A DNA stretch of 64,000 nucleotides from an uncultured Acidobacteriota bacterium (lineage in GTDB: Bacteria; Acidobacteriota; Vicinamibacteria; Vicinamibacterales; UBA2999). This document shows positions 52,373 to 61,420 of the stretch, in pieces; position 1 is the stretch's first letter, and every line of letters starts with the position of its first letter. The notes under the pieces were generated by a model. It had not been told where the DNA came from. It was given only the letters and a program-made list of their open reading frames with translations, and did not search any database. The translations under genes and the position numbers were made by a program. The stretch spans positions 595,896 to 659,895 of the forward strand of contig CAWDJL010000005.1 of the NCBI GenBank assembly GCA_963802675.1. The letters run 5' to 3'.

Positions 52373-52651
52373 ATGAGAGACGTGTTGGGTCGGCTCCGGG
52401 AAAAACTCACGATCACGGCGTCACATCGGTCTGCCCAGGAAGTTCCGGTTGGGTACATCCTGTTCCCCGCCGACGATGTTGACGAAGACGACGAGGACCT
52501 CGAAGACGATGAAGACGCCGTAGACGAGGACGGCGACGACGAGGAGATCGCAAACGACGACGAGGACGACTTCGAGGACGACGACTCTGAAGAGGACGCC
52601 GACGACCTCGACGAAGATACCGAAGAAGAAGAGGAGTCCGAGGACGAGTAG
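52373..52651 (+). CDS. small polyacidic protein (92 aa; the C-terminal 60 aa are about 75% Asp/Glu)
   Basis: The ATG at 52373 follows GGAGG at 52364-52368. Sequence is MRDVLGRLREKLTITASHRSAQEVPVGYILFPADDVDEDDEDLEDDEDAVDEDGDDEE...EEEEESEDE. Confidence 0.6.
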   Translation: MRDVLGRLREKLTITASHRSAQEVPVGYILFPADDVDEDDEDLEDDEDAVDEDGDDEEIANDDEDDFEDDDSEEDADDLDEDTEEEEESEDE

Positions 52652-52668
52652 TCAGGCGTGATTTGTGC

Positions 52669-53428
52669 TCATGACGCCGATTGCGCGAGCGGGAGGTCCA
52701 ATACCCGCAACGGTTGGTCGGGCGTCGATGCGATGAGTAGTGGCCACGACACGTTGTAGACCGGCGTGCCATTGATCGTCTTGCCTTCGGCCCGGCCATG
52801 GTGCGCGTGACCGTGGAAGACGGCCGAAACAGCGTAGCGCGCAAGCGGTTCTTCGAGGCGACTGCACCCGAGGTATGGATAGATTTCCTTCGGTTCCCCC
52901 TCGACGGTTTCGACAATCGGCGAGTAGTGAAGGATTGCAATCCGCGTCGGTGTACGGAGCCGCGCCAGCGCCGACTCGAGCTTCAACGCTTCGGTGACGG
53001 CTTCCTGGACGAAACGCTTGACTGCTTCCTCGCCCCAAGGGCCCAGCACTCCGCGCCCAAACCCTCCGGCAAACCCCTTGACGCCGGCAAAGCCGATCCC
53101 GTGCACCTCGACGGTCTCGCCATCCAGGAGCCGCACGCCCGCGTCGCTCAGAATTCGTGTGACCTCTGCCGACGCTCCCGCTTCGTAGTCGTGGTTGCCG
53201 AGAACGCCCACGATGGGAATCTTGACGCCGCCGACCAGCTCCCGCGCCAGCTCGGAGGCTTCGTCGGCGAAGCCCATAATCCGTGAGGTCTCCGCAGAGG
53301 ACGAGAATGTCGACTTCGAGACGTGTGATCGCGGCAAAGAGCGGCTGCAGCATTCCACGCGACGCCTTGCCGTAATGGAGGTCGCCCACGGCACCAAGCC
53401 GGACGAACGACTTGGGAGCCCCGCTCAC
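52669..53428 (-). pseudogene. calcineurin-like metallophosphoesterase; frame change near 53272
   Basis: VRLGAVGDLHYG and LVLCGDLTDYG lie in the frame of ORF 52652..53449. GVLGNHDYE and VFHGHAHHG lie in the frame of ORF 52669..53397. The GTG at 53428 follows AGGAGG with a 5-nt spacer. Confidence 0.8.
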
Positions 53429-53475
53429 CGAAGCCTCCTGGCGGCCCATGGAACAGCCTTTGCGTTCGTTCTGCT

Positions 53476-54276
53476 ATGCCCCAAGCCCTGCTGCACGCGC
53501 CCGACGACACCCGCGCGGCCGATGTCTACCGGTCGGTGCTGTGGCATCTCCGCGAAGCCGGCATCCCTTATCTGGTTGGCGGAACCTATGCCCTGGAACA
53601 CCATGCCGGACTCGTCCGTGACACGAAAGACCTGGACCTCTTCGTGCGTCGCGCGGACTGGACCAGAGTCGAGGAAACCCTGGCGCCCCACGGGATCCAC
53701 TGCGAGCTGGTGTTCAGCCATTGGCTGGGCAAGGCGTGCACCGAGCATCACTTCGTCGACTTGATCTTCGCGGGTGGCAACGGCCTCGTCGAGGTGGACG
53801 ACGATTGGTTGCGGCATGGTGTGCCCTCGGTGATTCTCGAAGTGCCGGTGCACCTCGCGCCAGCCGAGGAGATAATCTGGTCGAAGGCGTTCGTGATGGA
53901 GCGCGAGCGGTTCGATGGCGCTGATATCACGCACATCCTTCGTCAGTCGGGCACCACGCTCGACTGGGTGCGCCTTATCCAGCGTTTCGACACGAATGCC
54001 GCCTTGCTGCTCTCGCATCTCGTGCTGTTCCAGTTCGTCTACCCCGCACATCGGGCGAATGTGCCGGATTGGGTGCTCGACGAGCTGTGGCAGCGAGCCA
54101 GGCGGCCCGACGGGCTTCCTCGGCACCTGTGTCGTGGAACATTGATCTCGCGCGAACAGTACCTTGTGGACGTCAATGAGTGGGGCTACCAGGATGCGCG
54201 CGTGATGCCGTACGGGCGGATGACCCGCCAGCAGGTCGAGGAGTGGACCGCCGCCATCACCAAGGACAAGGCATGA
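53476..54276 (+). CDS. Pol-beta-superfamily nucleotidyltransferase-fold protein, function unknown
   Basis: YLVGGTYALEHHAGLVRDTKDLDLFV (GG...DxD NTase signature) and later PAEEIIWSKAFVMERERFDGADITHIL. High GC3. The antisense ORF is rejected. Confidence 0.65.
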   Translation: MPQALLHAPDDTRAADVYRSVLWHLREAGIPYLVGGTYALEHHAGLVRDTKDLDLFVRRADWTRVEETLAPHGIHCELVFSHWLGKACTEHHFVDLIFAGGNGLVEVDDDWLRHGVPSVILEVPVHLAPAEEIIWSKAFVMERERFDGADITHILRQSGTTLDWVRLIQRFDTNAALLLSHLVLFQFVYPAHRANVPDWVLDELWQRARRPDGLPRHLCRGTLISREQYLVDVNEWGYQDARVMPYGRMTRQQVEEWTAAITKDKA

Positions 54277-54310
54277 CTGGGTCAGGGCGCTTCCCATCCT
54301 GGGACCAGGC

Positions 54311-54793
54311 TCAGACGGATGCCGTAACCTGCTCGGCTCCTGTCTCGATCAGAATCTGGCGAGCCCGATCGGCCCATTCTTGGTCGTCGCACTGAACCGA
54401 CAACAGCAGCCCGCCTTGCTTCAAGCGACGTTCGAATGGCTCCAGAAGCCCTTCGGGGATCCCGAGACCGTGCAATGCGGCCAGCAGGTTGGCGCTCACT
54501 TGGGCAAGCGTGGCCAGAATCGGCCCAGCCGCCATGAAAGGCCCATCACTCCGAAGGGCGATGGCACGAATGCCAGAGAGCCCGCTCAGCACATTTCCGA
54601 TCGACTCCGGCCAGTCGTCTGCCACGCCATCGTCCGAATCGGCGCTCTCGCGGAGTTGCAGCCCGCGCGTTCCATCGGAATACATGACCGAGATATCGGT
54701 CTGGCGAAACCGTGCGGCGCGAAGTGCTTCTGCTCCGTTGTGCAGCGACTGGGTTGACGGATACAACCCGAAAGCGGCAGGGCTTGGGGACAT
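54311..54793 (-). CDS. hypothetical protein, YflT/general-stress-like pattern
   Basis: The ATG at 54793 gives MSPSPAAFGLYPS. C-terminus LGIPEGLLEPFERRLKQGGLLLSVQCDDQEWADRARQIL. The family assignment is from memory only. Confidence 0.45.
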   Translation of the reverse strand: MSPSPAAFGLYPSTQSLHNGAEALRAARFRQTDISVMYSDGTRGLQLRESADSDDGVADDWPESIGNVLSGLSGIRAIALRSDGPFMAAGPILATLAQVSANLLAALHGLGIPEGLLEPFERRLKQGGLLLSVQCDDQEWADRARQILIETGAEQVTASV

Positions 54794-55314
54794 GGCGCGA
54801 CTCTGGATTATGGGTCGGTTATACCTCAGCAAGCGCGGTGCCAGGAGGAGTTCCGCATTGGCAATAGCACACCTCCGGCCGGAATCGGGCCAACCCCCTC
54901 TTGCCGATGCGGATCGGCGTATCAATCACGCGTGGCCATCGCGCACCGAAGACGTTTGATGAAAGTGTAAAACTCATCGTTTCGTGATGCGCATTCAAAC
55001 ACAACACAAACGAGTCGTCCATGATCTTCTCGCCCCGAGGACCGACGCCGGGTTTTTGAGGTTGACGTCGGTGTGGTCACGCGGCTGAACGCGCCGGCCA
55101 CCTTGATGTGCACGGGCTGACCGGCCGTCACGTTGATCGTCACGGATTCGTTCGCGTAGCCATGCAAGCGACTCCTTGAAGTGGCGGGGCAGGCGAACCC
55201 ACCCCCCATCATGCGTCCCTCACGTAAGCATGTCGCTCGTAACCCACTGACCGATAAGGGTGTCAGAGCGTGTAAGATGCCAAAGCTGAGCCGCACGCCG
55301 GAGCCAGGTTGAAC

Positions 55315-56307
55315 ATGATTCTGTGCAGGGCCGAGAAACGTTCGCACGCCTTTCTGAGCACGTTAGTCGTGGTTGCGCTCTCCAGCGCGGCGGCATCCGT
55401 CGCAGAGGCCCAGAGCGGCGCGCCTCAGGTCCCTCTGGGCGCGCGCGTTCAGCAATCCGCCACGGTTTTGGCAGAAGCTCCGGTCTACTTGCTCCCGGAC
55501 GAAACCCGCAATCCGCTGCGGATGCTTCCGGCGGGCACCAGCCTTGTGGTGCTCCAGGTTCGCGACGAATGGGTCCAGGTCACCTTCAACGACGCGCAGT
55601 TCGGGCGACGTACGGGGTGGGTTCAAACGAAGCTCGTGCGACTGAGCACCGCTCAGGCGCCGGACGTGGACGCGAGACCCCCCGTGGTGCCGCCAACCAC
55701 TGCACCCGCGGCCCAGCCAGCGAGCGCGCCCGTTCCTCGAGGCCCGTTGGGCGTGCGCGGGTTTGGGACCGTTGGGTTCGACCAGATGTCTGCATCCGAG
55801 AGTTTCGACGCCATCACGGGAGGAGACACGGTCGTGCCCTTCGGCGGCGGCATCCAGATCACCAACATCTGGCAGGGGCTGTTCGTCGAGGCGGCGATCG
55901 AACAGGCGTCGCGCGATGGCGAACGAGTCTTCGTCGGCGGGGAGGGCGAAATCTTCCCGCTGGAAATTCCGCTCGAGATCACGCTGCGCACGGTTGACGT
56001 CATGGCCGGATGGCGGAGCCCGCCGGTCGGCGGCATCACGTCGTATGGCGGCGGCGGGGTTTCCTTTCTCAACTACGACGAGACCTCCGACTTCGCTGAG
56101 GCAGACGAGAACTTCAGCGAGAACTACACCGGTTTCATCATCATGGGCGGTGTCGAGTACGCGGCCACCCAGTGGGTTCACATTCGCGGTGAGCTACGCT
56201 ATCGTCGATTCAACGATGTGATTGGTGTCGGCGGTGTGTCCGAGGTGTTCGATGAAACGAGCCTCGGGGGATTTGGGGTCGCGTTGAAGATCGCCGTCGG
56301 GCGGTAA
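55315..56307 (+). CDS. secreted SH3-like domain fused to a small outer-membrane beta-barrel domain
   Basis: Signal peptide ending AASVAEAQ. SH3_3-like LPAGTSLVVLQVRDEWVQVTF..GWV. Pro/Ala linker. C-terminal alternating beta pattern ending GGFGVALKIAVGR. Confidence 0.6.
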   Translation: MILCRAEKRSHAFLSTLVVVALSSAAASVAEAQSGAPQVPLGARVQQSATVLAEAPVYLLPDETRNPLRMLPAGTSLVVLQVRDEWVQVTFNDAQFGRRTGWVQTKLVRLSTAQAPDVDARPPVVPPTTAPAAQPASAPVPRGPLGVRGFGTVGFDQMSASESFDAITGGDTVVPFGGGIQITNIWQGLFVEAAIEQASRDGERVFVGGEGEIFPLEIPLEITLRTVDVMAGWRSPPVGGITSYGGGGVSFLNYDETSDFAEADENFSENYTGFIIMGGVEYAATQWVHIRGELRYRRFNDVIGVGGVSEVFDETSLGGFGVALKIAVGR

Positions 56308-56316
56308 CCACAAGGC

Positions 56317-56568
56317 TTAGCGTAGGTCGTCGATCGGCGGCGTCATCTGTTGAGCGGCAGCAACATGAAGCTCTTCCCTGATGGCCTTCAACTCGCTGGC
56401 GAGCTGCGTGATCAGCTCCTCGATGGTGTTCAGCCGCGCGCGGAGCTGCGCTAGTTGCTCGCGCGAGATCGACGGCACGGCCTGAATCGCTGGATCGGCG
56501 GGAGTCCTACCGATTGTCACCCCCGCAGGATATACCGTCTCGACCGTGAGCGATACCCCGCCAGTCAC
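56317..56568 (-). CDS. possible small coiled-coil protein (SlyX-like pattern)
   Basis: 83-aa ORF with a GTG start. REQLAQLRARLNTIEELITQLASELKAIREEL. Weak evidence. Confidence 0.3.
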   Translation of the reverse strand: MTGGVSLTVETVYPAGVTIGRTPADPAIQAVPSISREQLAQLRARLNTIEELITQLASELKAIREELHVAAAQQMTPPIDDLR

Positions 56569-56658
56569 TTCAGACCTGCGGCGCTGCTAACCCAATTCAA
56601 AAAATACCTGCAGGGACGCTGCGATGATCTGCGCAAAATCGAGCGGAGTCCGCTTAAT

Positions 56659-57018
56659 TCAAGACAGGTGCGGGGTCTTGGCAAAGCTGGCGATGGCTTC
56701 GTCCTCGGTGTCGTACGATTCGAGGATCTTGGTGAGTGCGGTGGTGCGCAGCACACTCCGCAGATGAGGACCGATGCACGCGAGCTTCAGGATCCCGCCG
56801 CTCGATGCCGCAGCTTTGTAACTCTCGACGATCTCACCCAAGCACGAGCTGTCCATAAACTGGAGGTTCGCAAAGTTCAACAGAATCCGCCGCTCGCCGC
56901 GACCGAGGACAGCAATTACGTGCTCGGTTAAAGCCCGCGGATTCTCGGCGGGTACTCTCAGATCGCCGGATACATCGAGGATCGACACGCCATCGATCTG
57001 ACGTTCACCGAGCTCCAT
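56659..57018 (-). CDS. STAS-domain anti-sigma-factor antagonist
   Basis: 119 aa with ILLNFANLQFMDSSCLGEIV. AGGAGGG lies 5 nt upstream of the ATG. Confidence 0.85.
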   Translation of the reverse strand: MELGERQIDGVSILDVSGDLRVPAENPRALTEHVIAVLGRGERRILLNFANLQFMDSSCLGEIVESYKAAASSGGILKLACIGPHLRSVLRTTALTKILESYDTEDEAIASFAKTPHLS

Positions 57019-57125
57019 TACAACCCTCCTGTTTCGGGGAGATCACCGTCTATACAGAGGCCTCGGATCCTTCCTCGCCCGATTCGCACGGCTTTGCCGT
57101 AATGAGCGGCCGTCAGTGGGGGGAC

Positions 57126-57293
57126 TGATGCGCGCTGCTGGATTCGAACACCGACCTCTGCAATGTGAAGGACGGTGGCACCTCAGCCGTTGATGCTGAA
57201 CTGCTGATGATCCGCTGCTGATTGTAACGCCCATCGCGGTCGGCAACGCGCTGAACACGGTCTGGAGCGGTTTCGTTGCACACAAGTTGCAAG
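57126..57293 (-). repeat. decayed copy of a ~170-bp block ending in a tRNA 3'-half-like sequence (copy 1)
   Basis: TGATGCGCGCTGCTGGATTCGAACACCGACCTCTGCAATGTGAAGGACGGTGGCA aligns to 61421-61475. A second conserved block CGGTCTGGAGCGGTTTCGTTGCACACAAGTTGCAA sits at the same offset (~130 nt). The T-stem is broken and CCA has become TCA. Confidence 0.7.
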
Positions 57294-57492
57294 TGCTGCA
57301 CTCCGCCGTTCGGGCGGCGCGAACACTTCTGTAAGGTGCGACCACGACAAGTCCTCGCGCCGCGAGAACTCACACTCACAGTGACCCACGTTCGTCCGCA
57401 TCGACAACATCGCCAAACTGCCAACAGCGAATCAGCCTGAGATCGATCGAGACACGATTCCGGCTGAAACCGGTGTCTATAATCCGAAAGCT

Positions 57493-60141
57493 TTGGAGCC
57501 CATTGCAGGCGGCTTGGTGCTTCGGCGTCTGTTCACTCCTGCGCTTCCGGAGCGAATCCGGCGGGTGCTTCTGGCCCTCGTGATCGCCAGTGTGCCTGCG
57601 GTAGTCCAGACGAAGCAATCTCCGCCGCCGCCGACCAATCCGATCTTGGCTGATGCTTCGCGCCCAACCGTTCGGGCGCTTCGCGTGGCGGAGGCTCCGC
57701 TGATCGACGGCCGGCTGGCTGATGACGCCTGGATGGATGCCCCGGTCGCGGAACATTTCCGACAGCGCGATCCCGACGAAGGGCAGCCCGCCACCGAGCG
57801 TACCGAGATTCGCGTGCTGTATGACGACAACGCCTTGTATCTGGGCGCGCGTCTGTTCGACAGTGAGCCGTCGGCCATTTCAACGCGCTTGAGCAGCCGC
57901 GACGGATCTCCAGACGCCGACAGCATTACGATCTTTCTCGACCCCCGCCACGATCACCGCACGGGCGTGCAGTTCACCGTCACAGCGGCCGGTGTGCAGC
58001 GAGACGGCGTGATCTCCAACGATACGTTCATGGACGATTCCTGGGACGCTGTCTGGAGTTCGGCGGTCTCGCATGACTCAGAAGGGTGGTCGGCCGAGCT
58101 GCGCATCCCCTTTTCGCAGCTGCGCTTCACTGCGGACGAGCACCAGATCTGGGGCATCAATGTCTCCCGCTTCATTCGGCGGAAGAACGAAACCGTGTGG
58201 CTCGAGTTCTGGCCCAAGAACGACAACGGGCTGGCGTCGCGCATGATGCACCTGGGCGGCATCGATGGCGTTCATCCTCGTCGGCGGTTGGAGCTTGCGC
58301 CCTACGTGGCCGCGCGGCAGGAGCTCGTCGAGGCAGACGCTGGGGATCCGTTCAATGACGGCTCGCGTACGTTCGGCTATGCCGGCCTCGACTTCAAGGC
58401 ATCGGTGCGGGGCGGTCTCCTGCTCGACGCCACCATCAACCCTGATTTCGGCCTGGCCGAAGTGGATCCGGCCAGGGCGGGTCGAACAACTTCTTTGGCT
58501 TCAACAATTCCAATCCGAACCTCTTTTACTCGCGGCGCATCGGGCGCGTGCCGTCGGTGAGCGCCGACGGCGACTTCGTCGACGCGCCGCGCGCGACGAC
58601 TATCCTCAGCGCAGCCAAGCTGACCGGCAAGACATCCAATGGCTGGAGCATCGGTGTCATCGAGGCGGTGACCGCTCGCGAGCGGGCGCATCACTTCATC
58701 GGCTTGGTCCGCGATTCCACGCTCGTGGAGCCGGCGTCCAACTACTTCGTTGCACGTCTCCAGCGCGACTTCGATCGCGGCGGCGTCGGCTTCCTGACCA
58801 CGTCGGTGCTCCGCAATCTCGAAACCCCCTTGCTGAAGGATGAGTTCACGAGCAATGCTTTCGTCTTCGGGGCCGATGCCTTCTACTTTTTCGACAGCAA
58901 GAAGGTCTGGGTCGTCACAGGGGATCTGTCGGGCAGCTATGTCAGCGGTAGTGCCAACGCGATTGAGGATCTGCAGCGCGCGTCCCAGCGGTACTACCAG
59001 CGGCCGGATGCGCCACATCTCGAGCTCGATCCATCACGCACGTCGCTGGGCGGCTACACCGGCCGTGTCTTCCTCAATCGTAACAGCGGGGTCTGGCGGG
59101 TCAACGCCGCTCTGTGGGGAGTCAGTCCAGGATTCGAGTCCAACGATCTCGGGTTTCACAGCCGGAGCGACCGTGGCGGCACGCACGGCGTACTCTTGTG
59201 GCGCAAGCAGACGCCTGATCGCTTCAGCCGCTCGCGTGGATGGTGGCTTGCGAAGGCGTGGACGTGGAACTTCAATCGCGAGGTGTTGAACAACATCTGG
59301 ATGGGATGTGCCAACGCGCTGCTGACGAACTATTGGCATGTCAACGGCTGCGCCGGCTACGGGTATCGAACGCAGCAGGACGACCTCACGCGGGGCGGCA
59401 TGCAGGCCGAGAATCCCCAGAGCAACTGGACACATTTTGGTTTCAGCACGGACGGGCGCAAATGGCTCTCGTTCGATGTCTTGGCGGCACCGATAGAAAC
59501 GAATACGGCGGATACAGCAACAGTGCCAGCTGTCGATGAATCTCAAGCTGCTCCCGTCGCTGTCGATTTCCACCGGGCCGTCATTCAATCGCGCGAAGAA
59601 TCTCGCGCAGTACCTCCAGACAGAAGACGATGGCACGGCGGTTGAGACATTCGACCAACGTTATGTGTTTGGCACGATCAACCAGACCCAGTTGACGCTG
59701 CAGACGCGCGTCAATTGGATTCTCAATCCCCGCGCGTCATTGCAGGTGTACATGCAGCCGCTGGTGGCGACCGGGGATTACGACGACTGCAAGGAACTGG
59801 CCGCGCCGCGCACGTTCGCGTTCCTCCACTACGGGAGCGCGGGAACATCGTTGTCCTACAACGCAATCGAGCGCACCTATACAGTTGATCCGGACGCTTT
59901 TGGCCCTGCACCGTCATTCTCGTTCGACGACCCCGACTTCAACTTCAAATCGCTGCGCCTGAACGCGATCTTTCGCTGGGAGTTCCGGCCAGGCTCGACG
60001 CTCTACGTCGTGTGGACCGAGCAACGGCAGGACGAAAGCCATCCGGGGGAGTTCAGCGCTGGTCGCGATCTCTCGCGGCTGTTTTCGGCACACTCGGATG
60101 ATGTGTTTCTGGTGAAGATGACGTACTGGCTAGGACAGTAG
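57493..60141 (+). pseudogene. CBM9-like / DUF5916 outer-membrane protein gene with at least three frame disruptions
   Basis: ORFs 57493..58560, 58548..59645 and 59536..60141, plus frame-2 segment GGTDRNEYGGYSNSAS (59480-59530). Motifs APLIDGRLADDAW, WSAELRIPFSQLRF, INPDFG, LFYSRRIGR and C-terminal VFLVKMTYWLGQ. Confidence 0.78.
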
Positions 60142-60155
60142 AGCAGGAGGGTGTG

Positions 60156-61409
60156 CTTCCTGAGACGTAGGTGAGGTGAATTCAATCCGTCGACGCACCA
60201 CCATAGGCGATCGGAGGCGGTATGGGTGTGCGTTGGTCAAGGATGTCCTGGAGTGAAAAGAACGAGTTGTGGCAGCGATGGCGCCGTGGCGAGACGTTGG
60301 ACCAAATTGCGCGTGCGCTCCATCGCGGTTCAAGTTCGATCTATGACTACGTTGGCGCTGAAGGCGGCATCGCCCCACGACCGCGCCGGCGATCACGGCT
60401 TGCCTTAACAACGACAGAGCGGGAAGAGATTTCGCGGCACCTCGCACGAGGCCGTTCGTTGCGCGCCATCAGCCAGGCGCTCGGTCGAGCGCCGTCGACG
60501 GTCAGCCGCGAGGTTGCGAGGAATCACGGACCTGCAGCGTATCGTGCGGCGACGGCGGATCGGCAGGCGTGGCGACGCAGTCGACGTCCGAAACGATGCC
60601 GGCTGGCAACGCGTCCGGCGCTGCGTCGTGTCGTGGCCGGGAAACTCGCTCGTCAGTGGTCACCGCAGCAAATCACAGGCTGGCTTCGGGATACGTTTCC
60701 GGGCGATGCTGAGATGCAGGTGTCGCACGAGACCATCTATCGCAGTCTGTTTATTCAAAGCCGCGGTGTCCTGAAGCGCACCTTGCTCGGTCACCTACGC
60801 CGTCAGCGCCACTTCCGCCACGCGCGAGCGGGCGCTCATGTCCGTCCCAAACAAGGTCAGATCATCGATGCCGTCTCGATTCGTCAGCGGCCCGCGGACG
60901 TCGCCGACCGTGCACTTCCCGGACATTGGGAAGGCGACTTGCTGGAAGGCGCACGCGGGACGTACGTGGCGACACTCGTTGAGCGGCAATCACGGTATGT
61001 GATGTTGGTCCGATTGCCGAATAAAGAGACGCAGACAGTGGTCCGCGCGGTGGCGCGGCGAATTAGACGACTGCCACAAGGACTTGCCAAATCGCTAACG
61101 TGGGATCGCGGGACAGAGTTTGCTGCGCATCGCGCGTTTACGCTAGCGACGGACGTCCAGGTCTACTTCTGTGATCCGCAGAGCCCTTGGCAACGAGGGT
61201 CCAACGAAAACACCAACGGGCTTCTGCGCCAGTACTTGCCGCATGCCGCTGACCTATCGCGCCCCACCCAGGCGCAGCTCGATGCGATCGCGTTGCGGCT
61301 CAATACGCGACCGAGAATGACCCTCGCATACCGAACCCCGGCAGCTAAACTAGCGGAGATCGTTGCGTCGATGGGTTGAAAGCAAGTGACACTTGTCTCC
61401 GGAATGGAC
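60156..61409 (+). mobile_element. IS30-family insertion sequence (boundaries approximate)
   Basis: One transposase ORF. Candidate imperfect terminal inverted repeats are cTTCCtGAGACgtagGTgA (60156-60177) and the reverse complement of 61388-61409 (aTTCCgGAGACaagtGTcA). Confidence 0.55.
60222..61379 (+). CDS. IS30-family transposase
   Basis: 385 aa with an HTH region (GRSLRAISQALGRAPSTVSREVARN), the DDE region HWEGDL and LTWDRGTEFA, and FCDPQSPWQRGSNENTNGLLRQYLP. Confidence 0.93.
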   Translation: MGVRWSRMSWSEKNELWQRWRRGETLDQIARALHRGSSSIYDYVGAEGGIAPRPRRRSRLALTTTEREEISRHLARGRSLRAISQALGRAPSTVSREVARNHGPAAYRAATADRQAWRRSRRPKRCRLATRPALRRVVAGKLARQWSPQQITGWLRDTFPGDAEMQVSHETIYRSLFIQSRGVLKRTLLGHLRRQRHFRHARAGAHVRPKQGQIIDAVSIRQRPADVADRALPGHWEGDLLEGARGTYVATLVERQSRYVMLVRLPNKETQTVVRAVARRIRRLPQGLAKSLTWDRGTEFAAHRAFTLATDVQVYFCDPQSPWQRGSNENTNGLLRQYLPHAADLSRPTQAQLDAIALRLNTRPRMTLAYRTPAAKLAEIVASMG

Positions 61410-61420
61410 CGCAAGTTAGC

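Noticed and set aside
15833-53272. Programmed ribosomal frameshifting at the split genes
   Set aside because: I saw no slippery heptamer plus downstream structure at any site. The sites are simple dinucleotide or trinucleotide runs, both +1 and -1 types occur, and none of these families is known to use recoding.
54922-55347. 141-aa minus-strand ORF as an intact gene
   Set aside because: Only about 35 codons have coding-like composition. The ORF overlaps the start of the SH3/beta-barrel gene and its 3' part is AT-rich. It is treated as a possible gene fragment only.
57478-57483. TATAAT hexamer as the promoter of the DUF5916 gene
   Set aside because: It is a perfect -10 hexamer, but the -35 position reads CGATTC and it lies only 10 nt before the putative TTG start. 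I cannot support it as a promoter from sequence alone.
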